DNA of 64,000 nt from Phycisphaerales bacterium (lineage in GTDB: Bacteria > Planctomycetota > Phycisphaerae > Phycisphaerales > UBA1924): positions 44,144-108,143 of the forward strand of contig WFPK01000052.1 of assembly GCA_015487555.1 (NCBI GenBank), read 5' to 3'. The translations under genes and the position numbers were made by a program. Under the pieces are notes generated by a model. The model worked only from the letters and a program-made list of their open reading frames with translations, was not told the origin of the DNA and made no database searches. This document shows, in pieces, positions 9,582 to 20,283 of this stretch. Position 1 is the first letter of the stretch, and every line of letters begins with the position of its first letter.

Positions 9582-10402
9582 TCATACTCCCACCAAGGCA
9601 AAGAGCTCCAGAATGGCTTTGACTCCTCGACCACACGGTCGAGCACACTTTGGCGGCGATCGGCGAGAAAAGAAATAAACGCTTCAACACTCGCCATTTG
9701 ATCCGCCGAGAGCCGAGACGGAGGCATCATCGGCGGACGACCGAACTCGAGCACATCGACAATTTCCTGAGCACTGAGCACCCCCCCCGAGATCGAAAGG
9801 TCAGGCCCGCCAATGGCCGACACCGCATAGAGCGTATGACAGGCCTGGCATGTATTTGTCCGAAAGATTTCGTACCCGGCTTCAACCTCAACATCTCCCG
9901 ATTCGGCGATCACCAACTCGAGGGCTTTGGTTTGAGCACTCTCCCTTGCCTGCCCAATGTGTGGATTCCGCGCCTGCCCGATCCCCGTCTGATCCATCGC
10001 TTCTAGAAACGCCCAGAGCGCATCGACCTCGGCAGTGCCCATTTCATAACGAGGCATCTGCCCTTCGCCAAGCGCCAAGCGGACATCGAGTTGATCGCGT
10101 TCCAAGCGTGCTGCTGCGTTGGTCAGGTCTGGCCCCAGAAATCCACCAAATCCATGGAGCTGATGGCAGGCTTGGCAGTTGTTCTGCATCCAAAGCCCAC
10201 GCCCCACAACCGCCTGTTCATCGAGCTGCACGCTGGATTTGGTATCAGAATACACAAGGACAGTCTGAAGCACAAAGCCCATCGCCAACAAGACAATCAT
10301 GCCCCCCTTCATCTGCGGACTGCACCTCGCTGGCCAATGCTGAGCGTTCCAATGCGAGATGGTCTTGAGGAAACCCATAAGCGACAAGTGTAGCGAACTC
10401 AA
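9578..10402 (-). CDS. Dihaem c-type cytochrome, membrane anchored (start uncertain, possibly 10312)
   Basis: Two CxxCH motifs (CQACHQLHGFGGFLGPDL and CQACHTLYAVSAIGGPDL). N-terminal hydrophobic helix MIVLLAMGFVLQTVLVY. It is translationally coupled to the oxidase-like gene. Confidence 0.8.
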   Translation of the reverse strand: MSSLHLSLMGFLKTISHWNAQHWPARCSPQMKGGMIVLLAMGFVLQTVLVYSDTKSSVQLDEQAVVGRGLWMQNNCQACHQLHGFGGFLGPDLTNAAARLERDQLDVRLALGEGQMPRYEMGTAEVDALWAFLEAMDQTGIGQARNPHIGQARESAQTKALELVIAESGDVEVEAGYEIFRTNTCQACHTLYAVSAIGGPDLSISGGVLSAQEIVDVLEFGRPPMMPPSRLSADQMASVEAFISFLADRRQSVLDRVVEESKPFWSSLPWWEYE

Positions 10403-10435
10403 AGCAAAATGCAGAACCCGCCACCAAACATCCGC

Positions 10436-11482
10436 TCACCTGACTTCCCAAGATTCGTTCCCCGTTACCAGCGATTGCAAATCAGGCCGTCCACCCTTTT
10501 TCTTTGCATCTTTCTTTGCATCATCGAGCTGCTGATAGAGCAGTTGGTCGTAGGTTGGTTTGGATGGGTCGGCATAAAGGATACCCATTGGCTCTGGGAA
10601 CTCCGGATGGGCCATCTGGGCATACATATTGGCAAGGAACCGGTCGGTCTCATCATGGACAATCAGGTCGGATTCGGTGATCCCATCTTCGCCGATGGTC
10701 ACGACCTTGGGGCTCCCACAGTTGAAGATGATCCCCTTATCTCGATCATTCCCAAAGACCAAAGGCTTGCCGTGCTCGAGCTTGACCGTGGTCTCGTACA
10801 TCGTCTCCTTCTGCGATGCATAGAACCATGCTTTGTGATTAAAGATATTGCAATCCTGATACACCTCGACAAACGAAGTGCCCCGGTGGGCCATCGCCCG
10901 CTTGAAGATCGTGTCCAACCCCTTCATATCGACATCGAGAGATCGGGCGATAAAAGTGCATCCTGTTGCCACCGCCACCGCAATCGGGTTGATCGGATAG
11001 TCGATCGACCCGGCAGGAGATGTCGGCGAAATCTTCCCCGTTTCGCTTGTCGGCGAGTACTGTCCCTTGGTAAGTCCATAAATCTTGTTGTTGAGCAACA
11101 GAATCGTAAGATCGACATTGCGTCGCATCGTGTGGATCGTGTGGTTACCTCCGATCGAGAGCAGATCACCATCGCCAGCAACAACGCAAACCTCAAGCTC
11201 GGGATTGGCACACTTGACTCCCGTCGCAACGGCCAATCCACGCCCATGGATCGAATGCACGCCATAGGTTGCCATGTAGTATGGGAACCGCGATGAACAC
11301 CCGATCCCGGAGACGAAGACAAAGTCTTCCTTCTTCTTGCCCATGCTCGGCAGGGCTTTGCGTACCGCCGAGAGCACCGCATAGTCGCCGCACCCCGGGC
11401 ACCATCGGACATCCTGATCGGAGGTGAAATCCTTGGCTGAATAAATGGGAAGCTCGGTGCTCTTTGTGTCTGTCACGCTCAT
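10436..11482 (-). CDS. korB: 2-oxoacid:ferredoxin oxidoreductase beta subunit (TPP-binding)
   Basis: WCPGCGDYAVLSAV and the GDGDLLSIGGNH TPP motif. It overlaps the alpha subunit stop. Confidence 0.85.
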   Translation of the reverse strand: MSVTDTKSTELPIYSAKDFTSDQDVRWCPGCGDYAVLSAVRKALPSMGKKKEDFVFVSGIGCSSRFPYYMATYGVHSIHGRGLAVATGVKCANPELEVCVVAGDGDLLSIGGNHTIHTMRRNVDLTILLLNNKIYGLTKGQYSPTSETGKISPTSPAGSIDYPINPIAVAVATGCTFIARSLDVDMKGLDTIFKRAMAHRGTSFVEVYQDCNIFNHKAWFYASQKETMYETTVKLEHGKPLVFGNDRDKGIIFNCGSPKVVTIGEDGITESDLIVHDETDRFLANMYAQMAHPEFPEPMGILYADPSKPTYDQLLYQQLDDAKKDAKKKGGRPDLQSLVTGNESWEVR

Positions 11483-13359
11483 TGTTCCAGCACCTCCGTG
11501 ATGCGTTCAACCAGTGTATCAACCCGGAAGGGCTGCCCCTTGACGATGTTGATCCCGATCGTTTCAATCAGAAACTTCGACCGGATCAACATGCTCAGCT
11601 GCCCGAGATTGATCTCTGGGATGACGATCTTCTTGAATGATCGCAAAACCTCTTCGGTATTTGATGGGAATGGGTTGAGATATTGCAAGTGGGCCGAGCT
11701 GACGGCATGCCCATTGGCCCGCACCTGATGAACTGCGGTGGTGATCGAGCCATAGGTTCCGCCCCACCCCAGCACGAGCACATCGCCCGATGGATCGCCA
11801 TCGACCTCAAGGAGCGGGATCGACTGGGCTGCCCGTTCGACCTTCTCTGCCCGCAAACGCACCATCATGTCGTGATTGTCTGCGTCATAGGACACATTGC
11901 CAGTCTCTGCATCCTTCTCCAAGCTCCCCACCCGATGCTCGAGCCCGGGTGTGCCTGGGATCGCCCATGGGCGGGCGAGTGTCTCTGGATTGCGGGCATA
12001 GGGAAGGAACTCATGCTCGGCGAAGTCCTCCTGAGTCGGATGCACGACATCGATATCAGGAATATCGCCCACATTGGGCACCTTCCAAGGCTCGGCACCA
12101 TTGGCGATGTAGCCATCGGAAAGATAGATCACCGGGGTCATGAACTCAACCGCAAGTCGAACCGCCTCGATGGCCATATTGAAACAGTCCGACGGGCTTC
12201 GGGGAGCCACGATAATCAACGGGCTCTCGCAATGCCTGCCGTACATCGCCTGGAGCAGGTCGGCCTGCTCGGTCTTGGTCGGAAGCCCGGTCGCCGGGCC
12301 CGCCCGCTGGACATTGACAATGACCAAAGGCAGCTCGAGCATCAATGCCAGCCCCATCGCTTCGCCTTTGAGCGCCAGTCCTGGTCCTGAGGTGCCCGTC
12401 ACCGCCAGATCACCCGCGAAGCTCGCGCCGATGGCGGTACAGATCGCCGCGATCTCATCTTCGGATTGGATCGTCTTGATCCCGAAGCGTTTGAGATGCG
12501 CCAACCCGTGCATCACACTCGACGCCGGGGTGATTGGGTAGCTCGCGTAGACGATCGACTTGTCGGCCTTTTGTGCAGCCGTCACCAACCCCAGGACGGT
12601 TGCCTCGTTGCCACTGATCTGGCGATAGGTTCCCTTTTCCTGTTTGGCAGGCGGAACCCGATACCGTGCCGGGAAGACCTCTGCGGTTTCCCCGAAGTAA
12701 TATCCCGCTTCGAGCGCACGGATGTTGATTTTGGCAACCTCGGGCAACCCCTTCTTCTGGGCAAACTTCTCGGTGAGGTAGGCTTTGGTTTGTTCGATGG
12801 GGCGTTCGTAGAGCCAGTAGACGATTCCGAGTGCGAACATATTTCGGCACCGGTTGATGTCCTTAGCGCCCATCCCCGAATCGGCGAGCGATTCCTTGGT
12901 CAGCCGAGACATCGGCACGCGCACAAGGTGGTACTTGTTGTTGATCTCCTCATCATCGAGCGGGTTGTACCCGTCGATATACCCGCATTTGGCGAGGTTT
13001 CCCTTGGTGAACTCGTCTTCGTTGACAATCACGATCCCACCGGGTTCGACATCACCAATATTCACCTTGAACCCTGCCGGGTTCATCGCGACCATCGCGT
13101 TGACCCGATCGCCTGGGGTGTAGATATGCTCGGAGGAAAAGTGGACCTGGAACCCGGAAACCCCGAAGGTCGTGCCCTTGGGCGCTCGGATTTCTGCGGG
13201 AAAGTCTGGGAAAGTGGCGAAGTCGTTGCCGAAGAGTGCGGAAGTGTCGGCAAACTGTCCGCCGGTGAGTTGCATCCCGTCGCCGGAGTCGCCACAGAAT
13301 CGGATGACGACGGAATCGAGTGTGGTTTCTGGGGTCTCGCTCGCTTGGTCGCTCGTCAT
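11479..13359 (-). CDS. korA: 2-oxoacid:ferredoxin oxidoreductase alpha subunit
   Basis: 626 aa with typical KorA-like N-terminal (gamma-like) and pyrimidine-binding domains. It forms an operon with korB. Confidence 0.85.
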   Translation of the reverse strand: MTSDQASETPETTLDSVVIRFCGDSGDGMQLTGGQFADTSALFGNDFATFPDFPAEIRAPKGTTFGVSGFQVHFSSEHIYTPGDRVNAMVAMNPAGFKVNIGDVEPGGIVIVNEDEFTKGNLAKCGYIDGYNPLDDEEINNKYHLVRVPMSRLTKESLADSGMGAKDINRCRNMFALGIVYWLYERPIEQTKAYLTEKFAQKKGLPEVAKINIRALEAGYYFGETAEVFPARYRVPPAKQEKGTYRQISGNEATVLGLVTAAQKADKSIVYASYPITPASSVMHGLAHLKRFGIKTIQSEDEIAAICTAIGASFAGDLAVTGTSGPGLALKGEAMGLALMLELPLVIVNVQRAGPATGLPTKTEQADLLQAMYGRHCESPLIIVAPRSPSDCFNMAIEAVRLAVEFMTPVIYLSDGYIANGAEPWKVPNVGDIPDIDVVHPTQEDFAEHEFLPYARNPETLARPWAIPGTPGLEHRVGSLEKDAETGNVSYDADNHDMMVRLRAEKVERAAQSIPLLEVDGDPSGDVLVLGWGGTYGSITTAVHQVRANGHAVSSAHLQYLNPFPSNTEEVLRSFKKIVIPEINLGQLSMLIRSKFLIETIGINIVKGQPFRVDTLVERITEVLEQ

Positions 13360-13598
13360 GTGTGTCTCGCTCTCCCATTGAGTTGTTGTCAGTGAGCGGC
13401 CCAGACCGAGCCGGACTGAATGGATATTTTAGGCCTACTGAGAGCAAGATTGCTCGATCTTGGACGAACCAATTCCTATCCGCCCATCAATCTTCCACCC
13501 CACCTTTGGGAAAGATGATTCAGACGATACCTCTCCAAGCCGCGTTGCGCTTGCTATTATGCACCTCAAGCTCCCCAACTCCAACATGAGAGATATCT

Positions 13599-15164
13599 AT
13601 GCGGATTGGAATACCAAAGGAAATTCATCCCGGCGAACGCCGGGTCGCGGGCACCCCCAAGACGGTCAAAAAACTCATCGAGATGGGCTTTGAAGTGGTC
13701 GTCGAGGAGGAGGCAGGGCTGGCAGCTGAACATCACGACGAGATGTACGCCCAGGCGGGCGCCACACTCACCGACGATGTCAAAGCGCTCTGGAGCGAAT
13801 CGGACATCATCCTCAAAGTCCATTCCCCCCAGATTCACCCTACGCTCGGGGTGCATGAGGCGGATTTGATCAAAGAGGGTGGATGCCTGATCGGGTTCAT
13901 CTGGCCCGCCCAGAACCAGGACATCCTCGACAAGCTCAATGCCCGCAAGGCCTCGGTGCTTGCGATGGACTGCGTGCCCCGCATTACCCGTGCCCAGAAG
14001 GTCGATGCGCTCAGCGCGATGGCCAATGCAGCCGGGTATCGCGCCGTGATCGAAGCGGTCAATGTCTATCCCCGGTTCCTCACCGGACAGAGCACGGCTG
14101 CAGGTGCGATCAAGCCCGCCAAGGTGCTTGTGATCGGTGCCGGGGTCGCCGGGCTCGCTGCGATCGGGGCTGCCAAAGCACTGGGCGCGATCGTCCGGGC
14201 CTTTGATACACGCCTCGAAGTCGGCGATCAGGTCCGCTCGATGGGCGCCGAGTTCTTGGAGCTCGACTTCAAAGAAGACGGCTCAGGATCCGGCGGCTAT
14301 GCCAAGGTCATGTCCAAAGAGTTCATCGACGCCGAGATGAAACTCTTTGCCCAGCAAGCGATGGAAGTGGACATCATCATCACCACCGCGCTGATCCCGG
14401 GCAAACCCGCCCCATTGTTGATTACCGCGGGGATGGTCGAGTCCATGCGCGAGGGCGGCGTGATTGTCGATCTCGCTGCCCAGCAAGGCGGCAACTGTGC
14501 CCTGACCAAAGCCGACGAGCTCGTCATCCACAAAGGCGTCCGCATTGTCGGGTACACCGACCTGCCGAGCCGCATGGCGATCCAGACGAGCTGGCTCTAC
14601 GCTTCGACCTTGGTCAATATGCTTGACGAGATGGGCGGGGCCGAGCACTTTACGATTGATCTCGACAATGAAATTATCCGTGGCTCGCTCGTGTGTCATC
14701 ATGGCGAAACCACCTGGCCTCCGCCTGAGATTCCTGCTCCAGTCGTCGCGACTTCGCCCGACCAACCAAGGGCAGTAGAAACCCAGACGCCCAGTGCAAC
14801 CCAAGAACCCAAGAGAAAGTCCAAAGCCCTGAGTTCCATCATCATGCTCGTTGCTGTGATCGCTCTTTTCGGGCTCGGGCGGGTTGCTCCGAGCGATTTC
14901 CTCGATCACTTCACCGTGTTCGTGCTCGCGTGCTTCGTGGGATGGCAGGTCGTGTGGAATGTGACCCCGGCGTTGCATACGCCTTTGATGAGCGTCACCA
15001 ACGCCATCAGCGGGATCATCCTGATCGGGGGGATGTTCCATCTTTCCGGTGCTCCCACCGCTGCGATCACGCTCTTGGGGACCGCTGCGGTGTTCCTGGC
15101 AGCGATCAATATCTCAGGCGGGTTCCTCGTGACACGCCGAATGCTCTCGATGTTCCATAAGTAA
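13599..15164 (+). CDS. pntA: NAD(P) transhydrogenase alpha subunit (dI plus membrane part)
   Basis: AlaDH/PNT fold with VLVIGAGVAGLAAIGAAKALGA, and C-terminal TM helices. Confidence 0.9.
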   Translation: MRIGIPKEIHPGERRVAGTPKTVKKLIEMGFEVVVEEEAGLAAEHHDEMYAQAGATLTDDVKALWSESDIILKVHSPQIHPTLGVHEADLIKEGGCLIGFIWPAQNQDILDKLNARKASVLAMDCVPRITRAQKVDALSAMANAAGYRAVIEAVNVYPRFLTGQSTAAGAIKPAKVLVIGAGVAGLAAIGAAKALGAIVRAFDTRLEVGDQVRSMGAEFLELDFKEDGSGSGGYAKVMSKEFIDAEMKLFAQQAMEVDIIITTALIPGKPAPLLITAGMVESMREGGVIVDLAAQQGGNCALTKADELVIHKGVRIVGYTDLPSRMAIQTSWLYASTLVNMLDEMGGAEHFTIDLDNEIIRGSLVCHHGETTWPPPEIPAPVVATSPDQPRAVETQTPSATQEPKRKSKALSSIIMLVAVIALFGLGRVAPSDFLDHFTVFVLACFVGWQVVWNVTPALHTPLMSVTNAISGIILIGGMFHLSGAPTAAITLLGTAAVFLAAINISGGFLVTRRMLSMFHK

Positions 15165-15236
15165 TCCAGAAACAGCTCGTTTCATCTGTTTTCCATTGCT
15201 CCATCCAAACCACAAACAGGTTCATGCAGGTTCACG

Positions 15237-16637
15237 ATGCCCAACAACATTGCCACTGTCGCCTACATCATCGCTGCGGCGTTGTTCATTCTGAGTCTTT
15301 CCGGGCTCGCTCATCCCAAAACCTCCCGGCGAGGTAATCTCTTCGGAATCATCGGGATGCTCGTTGCGCTGATCGCGACCGCGTTTCATCTCAATGCGTC
15401 TGGATGGATGATGTTCCTGATCGCCCTGATCCCCGCGGCCATCATCGGTGCGACCTTGGCGAGCCGGGTGAAGATGACCGAGATGCCTCAGCTCGTCGCG
15501 ATGCTTCACAGCTTCGTAGGTGCCGCAGCGGTGCTCGTCGGGTTTGCCACGCTGCTCGATCCACACGCCCAACTCGCTGGCAGCGAGCTACTGATCCACA
15601 ACATCGAAATCTACATCGGGGTGTGTATCGGGTCGATCACATTCACCGGCTCGATCATCGCCTTTGCCAAGCTCCACGGGATGATCGGAGGCAAGCCTCT
15701 GATCCTGCCTGCGAGACACCTGCTCAATATCATCGTCATCCTCATCACCATCGTGCTCGGCGTGATGTTCACGCAGGCTGTGGGCGATCATGACATGACC
15801 AAGGCGCTCTGGGTGCTGGGGATCGCCACCGTCATCACCGGACTCCTCGGAGTTCACATGGTCATGGCCATCGGCGGGGCGGATATGCCCGTGGTGGTCT
15901 CGATGCTCAATAGCTACTCCGGGTGGGCTGCAGCAGCGGCCGGGTTTATGCTCTCCAATGACCTGCTGATTATCACCGGCGCCCTGGTGGGCTCGAGCGG
16001 TGCGATCCTGAGCTACATCATGTGCAGGGGAATGAACCGCTCATTTATCAGTGTGATCCTCGGTGGATTCGGTGCTGCCGAGGGGACCGCAGTGGCGGTT
16101 GAAGGCGAACATACCGAGATCAAGGTCGATGGCACCGTCGATCTGATCCGCAATGCCAAGAGCATTGTCATCGTGCCCGGATACGGCATGGCGGTGGCGC
16201 AGGCCCAGCACACACTCTCCGAGATTGTCAAAGAACTCGAAGCGGCTGGCACCAAGGTTCGATTTGCAATCCATCCGATCGCCGGTCGGCTCCCCGGGCA
16301 TATGAATGTGCTCCTCGCCGAGGCCAATGTCTCCTACGACATCGTGCTCGAGATGGACGAGATCAACGAAGACTTCCCCGAAACCGACCTGGTGCTCGTC
16401 ATCGGTGCCAACGATATCGTCAACCCCAGCGCCCTCGATGACCCCGCCAGCCCGATCGCCGGGATGCCCGTGCTCGAAGTCTGGAAGGCCAAGGATGTCA
16501 TTGTGATGAAGCGGAGCATGGCCAGCGGATACGCCGGGATCGGCAACCCGCTGTTCGTCAAGGAGAACACCAAGATGCTCTTCGGCGATGCGAAGAAAAA
16601 TGTCGATGCCATCCTCACCGCCTACCGCACCGGATGA
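15237..16637 (+). CDS. pntB: NAD(P) transhydrogenase beta subunit
   Basis: Multi-TM N-terminal half plus a dIII NADP(H) domain ([27 protein letters not shown]). Confidence 0.9.
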   Translation: MPNNIATVAYIIAAALFILSLSGLAHPKTSRRGNLFGIIGMLVALIATAFHLNASGWMMFLIALIPAAIIGATLASRVKMTEMPQLVAMLHSFVGAAAVLVGFATLLDPHAQLAGSELLIHNIEIYIGVCIGSITFTGSIIAFAKLHGMIGGKPLILPARHLLNIIVILITIVLGVMFTQAVGDHDMTKALWVLGIATVITGLLGVHMVMAIGGADMPVVVSMLNSYSGWAAAAAGFMLSNDLLIITGALVGSSGAILSYIMCRGMNRSFISVILGGFGAAEGTAVAVEGEHTEIKVDGTVDLIRNAKSIVIVPGYGMAVAQAQHTLSEIVKELEAAGTKVRFAIHPIAGRLPGHMNVLLAEANVSYDIVLEMDEINEDFPETDLVLVIGANDIVNPSALDDPASPIAGMPVLEVWKAKDVIVMKRSMASGYAGIGNPLFVKENTKMLFGDAKKNVDAILTAYRTG

Positions 16638-16671
16638 TCTCGCCCGAGTTTCACCCGATCGCCCACATAAA

Positions 16672-16702
16672 AACGCCCCGGATCAAAGCGATCCGGGGCG
16701 TT
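16672..16702. terminator. Bidirectional stem-loop between convergent pntB and the P-II-like gene
   Basis: AACGCCCCGGATC-aaagc-GATCCGGGGCGTT is a perfect 13-bp stem. It is followed by GTCTTTG on the plus strand and preceded by AAAA. Confidence 0.6.
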
Positions 16703-16743
16703 GTCTTTGAGTTCAAGCGATCTCACATGATCGAACACATGAT

Positions 16744-17076
16744 CTAAATCGCGTTCACGCCCGATTCACCCGTGCGGATGCGGACGACGGTATCGAGGGT
16801 CTGGACGGTGATCTTGCCGTCACCGGGCCTGCCGGTGTGGGCGTGCTCTTGGATTACGCCCAGCACCTCTTGGCACTGATCGTCACGAACAATACATTCG
16901 AGCTTGACCATTTCAATGGCTCCAAAGCCCACGGCATCTTCAGAATCGCGCCCAACAACCCTGCCCATCCCGCGCACCTTCAAGACGGTGACGCCGGGGA
17001 ACTCTGGGTGCTCGTGCATCGCGGTAAGCACCTTATCGAGACAGATTGGCCTGATGAATGCTTTAATTTCTTTCAT
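16744..17076 (-). CDS. P-II (GlnB-fold) family protein linked to the metal efflux operon
   Basis: MKEIKAFIRPICLDKVLTAMHE...GVTVLKVRGMG resembles the P-II N-terminal beta-alpha-beta fold. AAGGAG lies 7 nt upstream of the ATG at 17076. The gene is about 20 nt downstream of czcA. Confidence 0.65.
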   Translation of the reverse strand: MKEIKAFIRPICLDKVLTAMHEHPEFPGVTVLKVRGMGRVVGRDSEDAVGFGAIEMVKLECIVRDDQCQEVLGVIQEHAHTGRPGDGKITVQTLDTVVRIRTGESGVNAI

Positions 17077-17098
17077 CGTCATTCTCCTTTTATGGTGC

Positions 17099-20000
17099 TT
17101 ATACAACGACTTCTGATTTCTTGCCCCCGAACCACGCATAGAGCGTCGGGAGCACGAACAGGGTCAGGATGGTTGAGGTAATCAACCCGCCGATGACCAC
17201 CGTGGCCAATGGACGCTGGACTTCAGAGCCCATGCCGGTGTTGACTGCCATCGGGACGAACCCAAGGCTCGCCACCAACGCGGTCATCAGCACCGGACGC
17301 AATCGAGCAAAGCTGCCCTCGATCACTGCATCGCGGGTTGATTTGCCCGAATCGAGCAGCTCATTGATAAAGGTAATCATCACCACGCCATTGAGCACCG
17401 CGACACCAGAGAGGGCGATAAACCCAACCCCGGCACTGATACTAAAGGGCATCCCACGGAGCCAGAGCCCGAAGACCCCGCCGGTGAGCGCCAAAGGCAC
17501 GCCGGTATACACGATGATCGCATGACGCACATTGCCAAAGGCGGTAAAGAGCATGATGAAGATCAACGACAACGCAATGGGCACCACGATCATCAGACGC
17601 TTGCGCGCCTTGGCGAGGTTCTCGAACTGCCCGCCCCAGGTGATGTAGTACCCCTCGGGGAGCTTGACCATCGCATCGAGCTTCTCCTGGGCCTCGGCAA
17701 CAAATGAGCCCATATCACGCCCGCGGATGTTGGCCTGCACCACGATCCGGCGTTTGGCGTTCTCCCGGCTGATCTGGTTGGGTCCTTCAGCGATCTCGAT
17801 ATCGGCAACCGCTTCGAGCGGGATGTACCGGATTTCCGATCCCATCTCGCCCATTGTCCCGCCCATGTCCTGATCTGGAGCGGTGCTCTCGGGGAGCGGG
17901 ATCGGAACCTGACTCACAAGATCCACCTTGCCTCGAATCTCTTCAGGCAATCGAACAATGATCGGGAATCGGCGATCACCCTGATAGAGCGTGCCGGCCT
18001 CCTCGCCACCAAAGGCGATCGAGACAACCTCTTGCACATCGCTGACATTGAGCCCGTACCGAGCGATCCGCTCACGATCAATATCAATCGTGAGTACCGA
18101 GAGCCCGGAAACCTGCTCAACCTTCACATCCGATGCCCCTTGAATCCCGGTGAGCACCTCGGCGATTTCATTGCCCGATTGAAGCAGCAGGTCCAGATCG
18201 TCGCCGAAGATTTTGACCGCCAGGTCACTTCGGACACCACTGATGAGCTCATTGAACCGGAGTTCGATGGGCTGGGAAATCTCGAAGTTCTGCCCGGGGA
18301 TGGTTTCGAGGAACTCCTCGATCTCGCTGGCAAGCTCTTCTTGAGTCTTGGCCCGCGTCCATTCCTTTCTGGGATACAACATCAGGTAGGTATCACTGAC
18401 ATTGGGCCCCATCGGATCGGTCGCGACCTCAGCCGTCCCTGTTCGAGCAAAGATACTCTGAATCTCGTCGGGGAACTCTTCGACGAGTGCCTTTTCCAGA
18501 TCTTTCTGCATCTCGATACTCGTCGTGATCCCGATGCTGGGAATCCGCGCTGGCTGAACCGCCAAAGCACCTTCGCCAAGCTGAGGCACAAACTCGCTGC
18601 CGAGCCCTGATGCGATGTACCCGGAAAATGCAAGAACAAGCGAGGCAACCCCGATGGTGAGCCAACGCATACGCATCGCAACAAGCAAAGCTGGTTTGTA
18701 TGAATTCTTGATCCAGCGAATGACAAAACTCTCCTTTTCGGAGAACTTGCCTCGCAGAAACACCGCACACGCAGCAGGCACAAAGGTAAAAGTCAAAATC
18801 AATGCGCCGGTCAGTGCCATGAGCACCACAAGCGACATCGGCTTGAACATCTTGCCCTCGATCCCGGTGAGGGTCAGGATCGGGAGGTACACGATCATGA
18901 TAATCAGAATACCAAAGAGCGTGGGCTTGGCGACCTGCTTACCAGCTGCGGAGATCACATTGATTCGCTCCTCGTTGGTCAGCTTCCTACCCTTCTTCTC
19001 CTGCTCTTCAGATGCCCTTCGGACAATATTCTCGACGAACACCACCGCGCCGTCGACAATAATCCCAAAGTCCACCGCCCCCAGACTCAATAAGTTTGCA
19101 CTGACCTTATTCTCGACCATGCCCGTGACGGCAAAGAGCATCGAGAGCGGAATCGCGCACGCAACAATGACAGCTGCGCGAAGATTCCCAAGGAGCAAAA
19201 GCAAAATCACAACCACAAGAATCGCCCCTTCGACGAGGTTCTTCTCAATGGTGTGAAGGGTTGCATCAACCAGATAGGTCCGGTTGTAGAGCGTCTTGAC
19301 CTCAATGTTCTCGGGGAGCGTCTTGCCGACCTCCTCCATCCGATCATGGACGCCTTCGGAGACGGTTCGGCTGTTGGCTCCAAGGAGCATCATCGCGGTC
19401 CCGATGACCACTTCTTCGCCATCGTGTGTGCCGGCACCGGTGCGGAGTTCCTTGCCGATGACAATCTCGGCAACATCCCGGATATACACCGGCACGCCAT
19501 CGACACTCTTGACCTTGATATTCTCGATATCTTCGATACTACCGATGAGCCCGGTCGCACGAACAAGGTATGCCTCGCCAGCATGCTCGATAAATCCGCC
19601 GCCTGCGTTGGCATTGTTCTCAGCGATCGCCTGCATCAGGTCGCGGAGCGTAAGCCCGTAGGCCATGAGTTTGGCGGTGTCGGGGTTGATATGGAACTGT
19701 TGTTCATATCCACCGATGCTGTTGACCTCGGTGACACCTGCAACGGTGCGAAGCTGTGGACGGATGATCCAGTCCTGAACCGTTCGCAAATCCTGCTGGG
19801 TATATTCAGTCCCATCAGGACGAGGCCCGACCGCTTCGACCGACCACATATAGATCTCGCCGAGTCCTGTCGAGATCGGGCCCATCTGAGGCTCAGCAAG
19901 CCCCTCGGGCAACGACTCACGGGCTTCGGTCAGACGCTCGCCAACAAGCTGACGGGCCCAGAAGATATCCGTCCCGTCTTCAAAGATCACCGTGACCTGC

Positions 20001-20272
20001 GAAAGCCCGTACCGAGAGATCGAACGGATTTGCTCGACCTTAGGCAGCCCCCCCATCGACCATTCGATCGGAAAGGTGATTTGTTGTTCGATCTCGACAG
20101 GCGAGAGCGCCGCCACATTGGTGTTGATCTGGACCTGCACATTGGTGATGTCGGGAACGGCATCAATCGGCAGGCGTGTGAAGCTATATATCCCGATACC
20201 CGCAAGGGCAATCGTCGCCAAGAGCACGACCGCACTCTGGCGGATCGAAAACTCAATAATTTTTTCGAGCAT
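17099..20272 (-). CDS. czcA: CzcA/CusA-family heavy-metal efflux RND transporter
   Basis: 1057 aa with a 12-TM RND architecture and the HME-type motif DFGIIVDGAVVFVENI. Confidence 0.9.
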   Translation of the reverse strand: MLEKIIEFSIRQSAVVLLATIALAGIGIYSFTRLPIDAVPDITNVQVQINTNVAALSPVEIEQQITFPIEWSMGGLPKVEQIRSISRYGLSQVTVIFEDGTDIFWARQLVGERLTEARESLPEGLAEPQMGPISTGLGEIYMWSVEAVGPRPDGTEYTQQDLRTVQDWIIRPQLRTVAGVTEVNSIGGYEQQFHINPDTAKLMAYGLTLRDLMQAIAENNANAGGGFIEHAGEAYLVRATGLIGSIEDIENIKVKSVDGVPVYIRDVAEIVIGKELRTGAGTHDGEEVVIGTAMMLLGANSRTVSEGVHDRMEEVGKTLPENIEVKTLYNRTYLVDATLHTIEKNLVEGAILVVVILLLLLGNLRAAVIVACAIPLSMLFAVTGMVENKVSANLLSLGAVDFGIIVDGAVVFVENIVRRASEEQEKKGRKLTNEERINVISAAGKQVAKPTLFGILIIMIVYLPILTLTGIEGKMFKPMSLVVLMALTGALILTFTFVPAACAVFLRGKFSEKESFVIRWIKNSYKPALLVAMRMRWLTIGVASLVLAFSGYIASGLGSEFVPQLGEGALAVQPARIPSIGITTSIEMQKDLEKALVEEFPDEIQSIFARTGTAEVATDPMGPNVSDTYLMLYPRKEWTRAKTQEELASEIEEFLETIPGQNFEISQPIELRFNELISGVRSDLAVKIFGDDLDLLLQSGNEIAEVLTGIQGASDVKVEQVSGLSVLTIDIDRERIARYGLNVSDVQEVVSIAFGGEEAGTLYQGDRRFPIIVRLPEEIRGKVDLVSQVPIPLPESTAPDQDMGGTMGEMGSEIRYIPLEAVADIEIAEGPNQISRENAKRRIVVQANIRGRDMGSFVAEAQEKLDAMVKLPEGYYITWGGQFENLAKARKRLMIVVPIALSLIFIMLFTAFGNVRHAIIVYTGVPLALTGGVFGLWLRGMPFSISAGVGFIALSGVAVLNGVVMITFINELLDSGKSTRDAVIEGSFARLRPVLMTALVASLGFVPMAVNTGMGSEVQRPLATVVIGGLITSTILTLFVLPTLYAWFGGKKSEVVV

Positions 20273-20283
20273 CTCGTCCTCCT

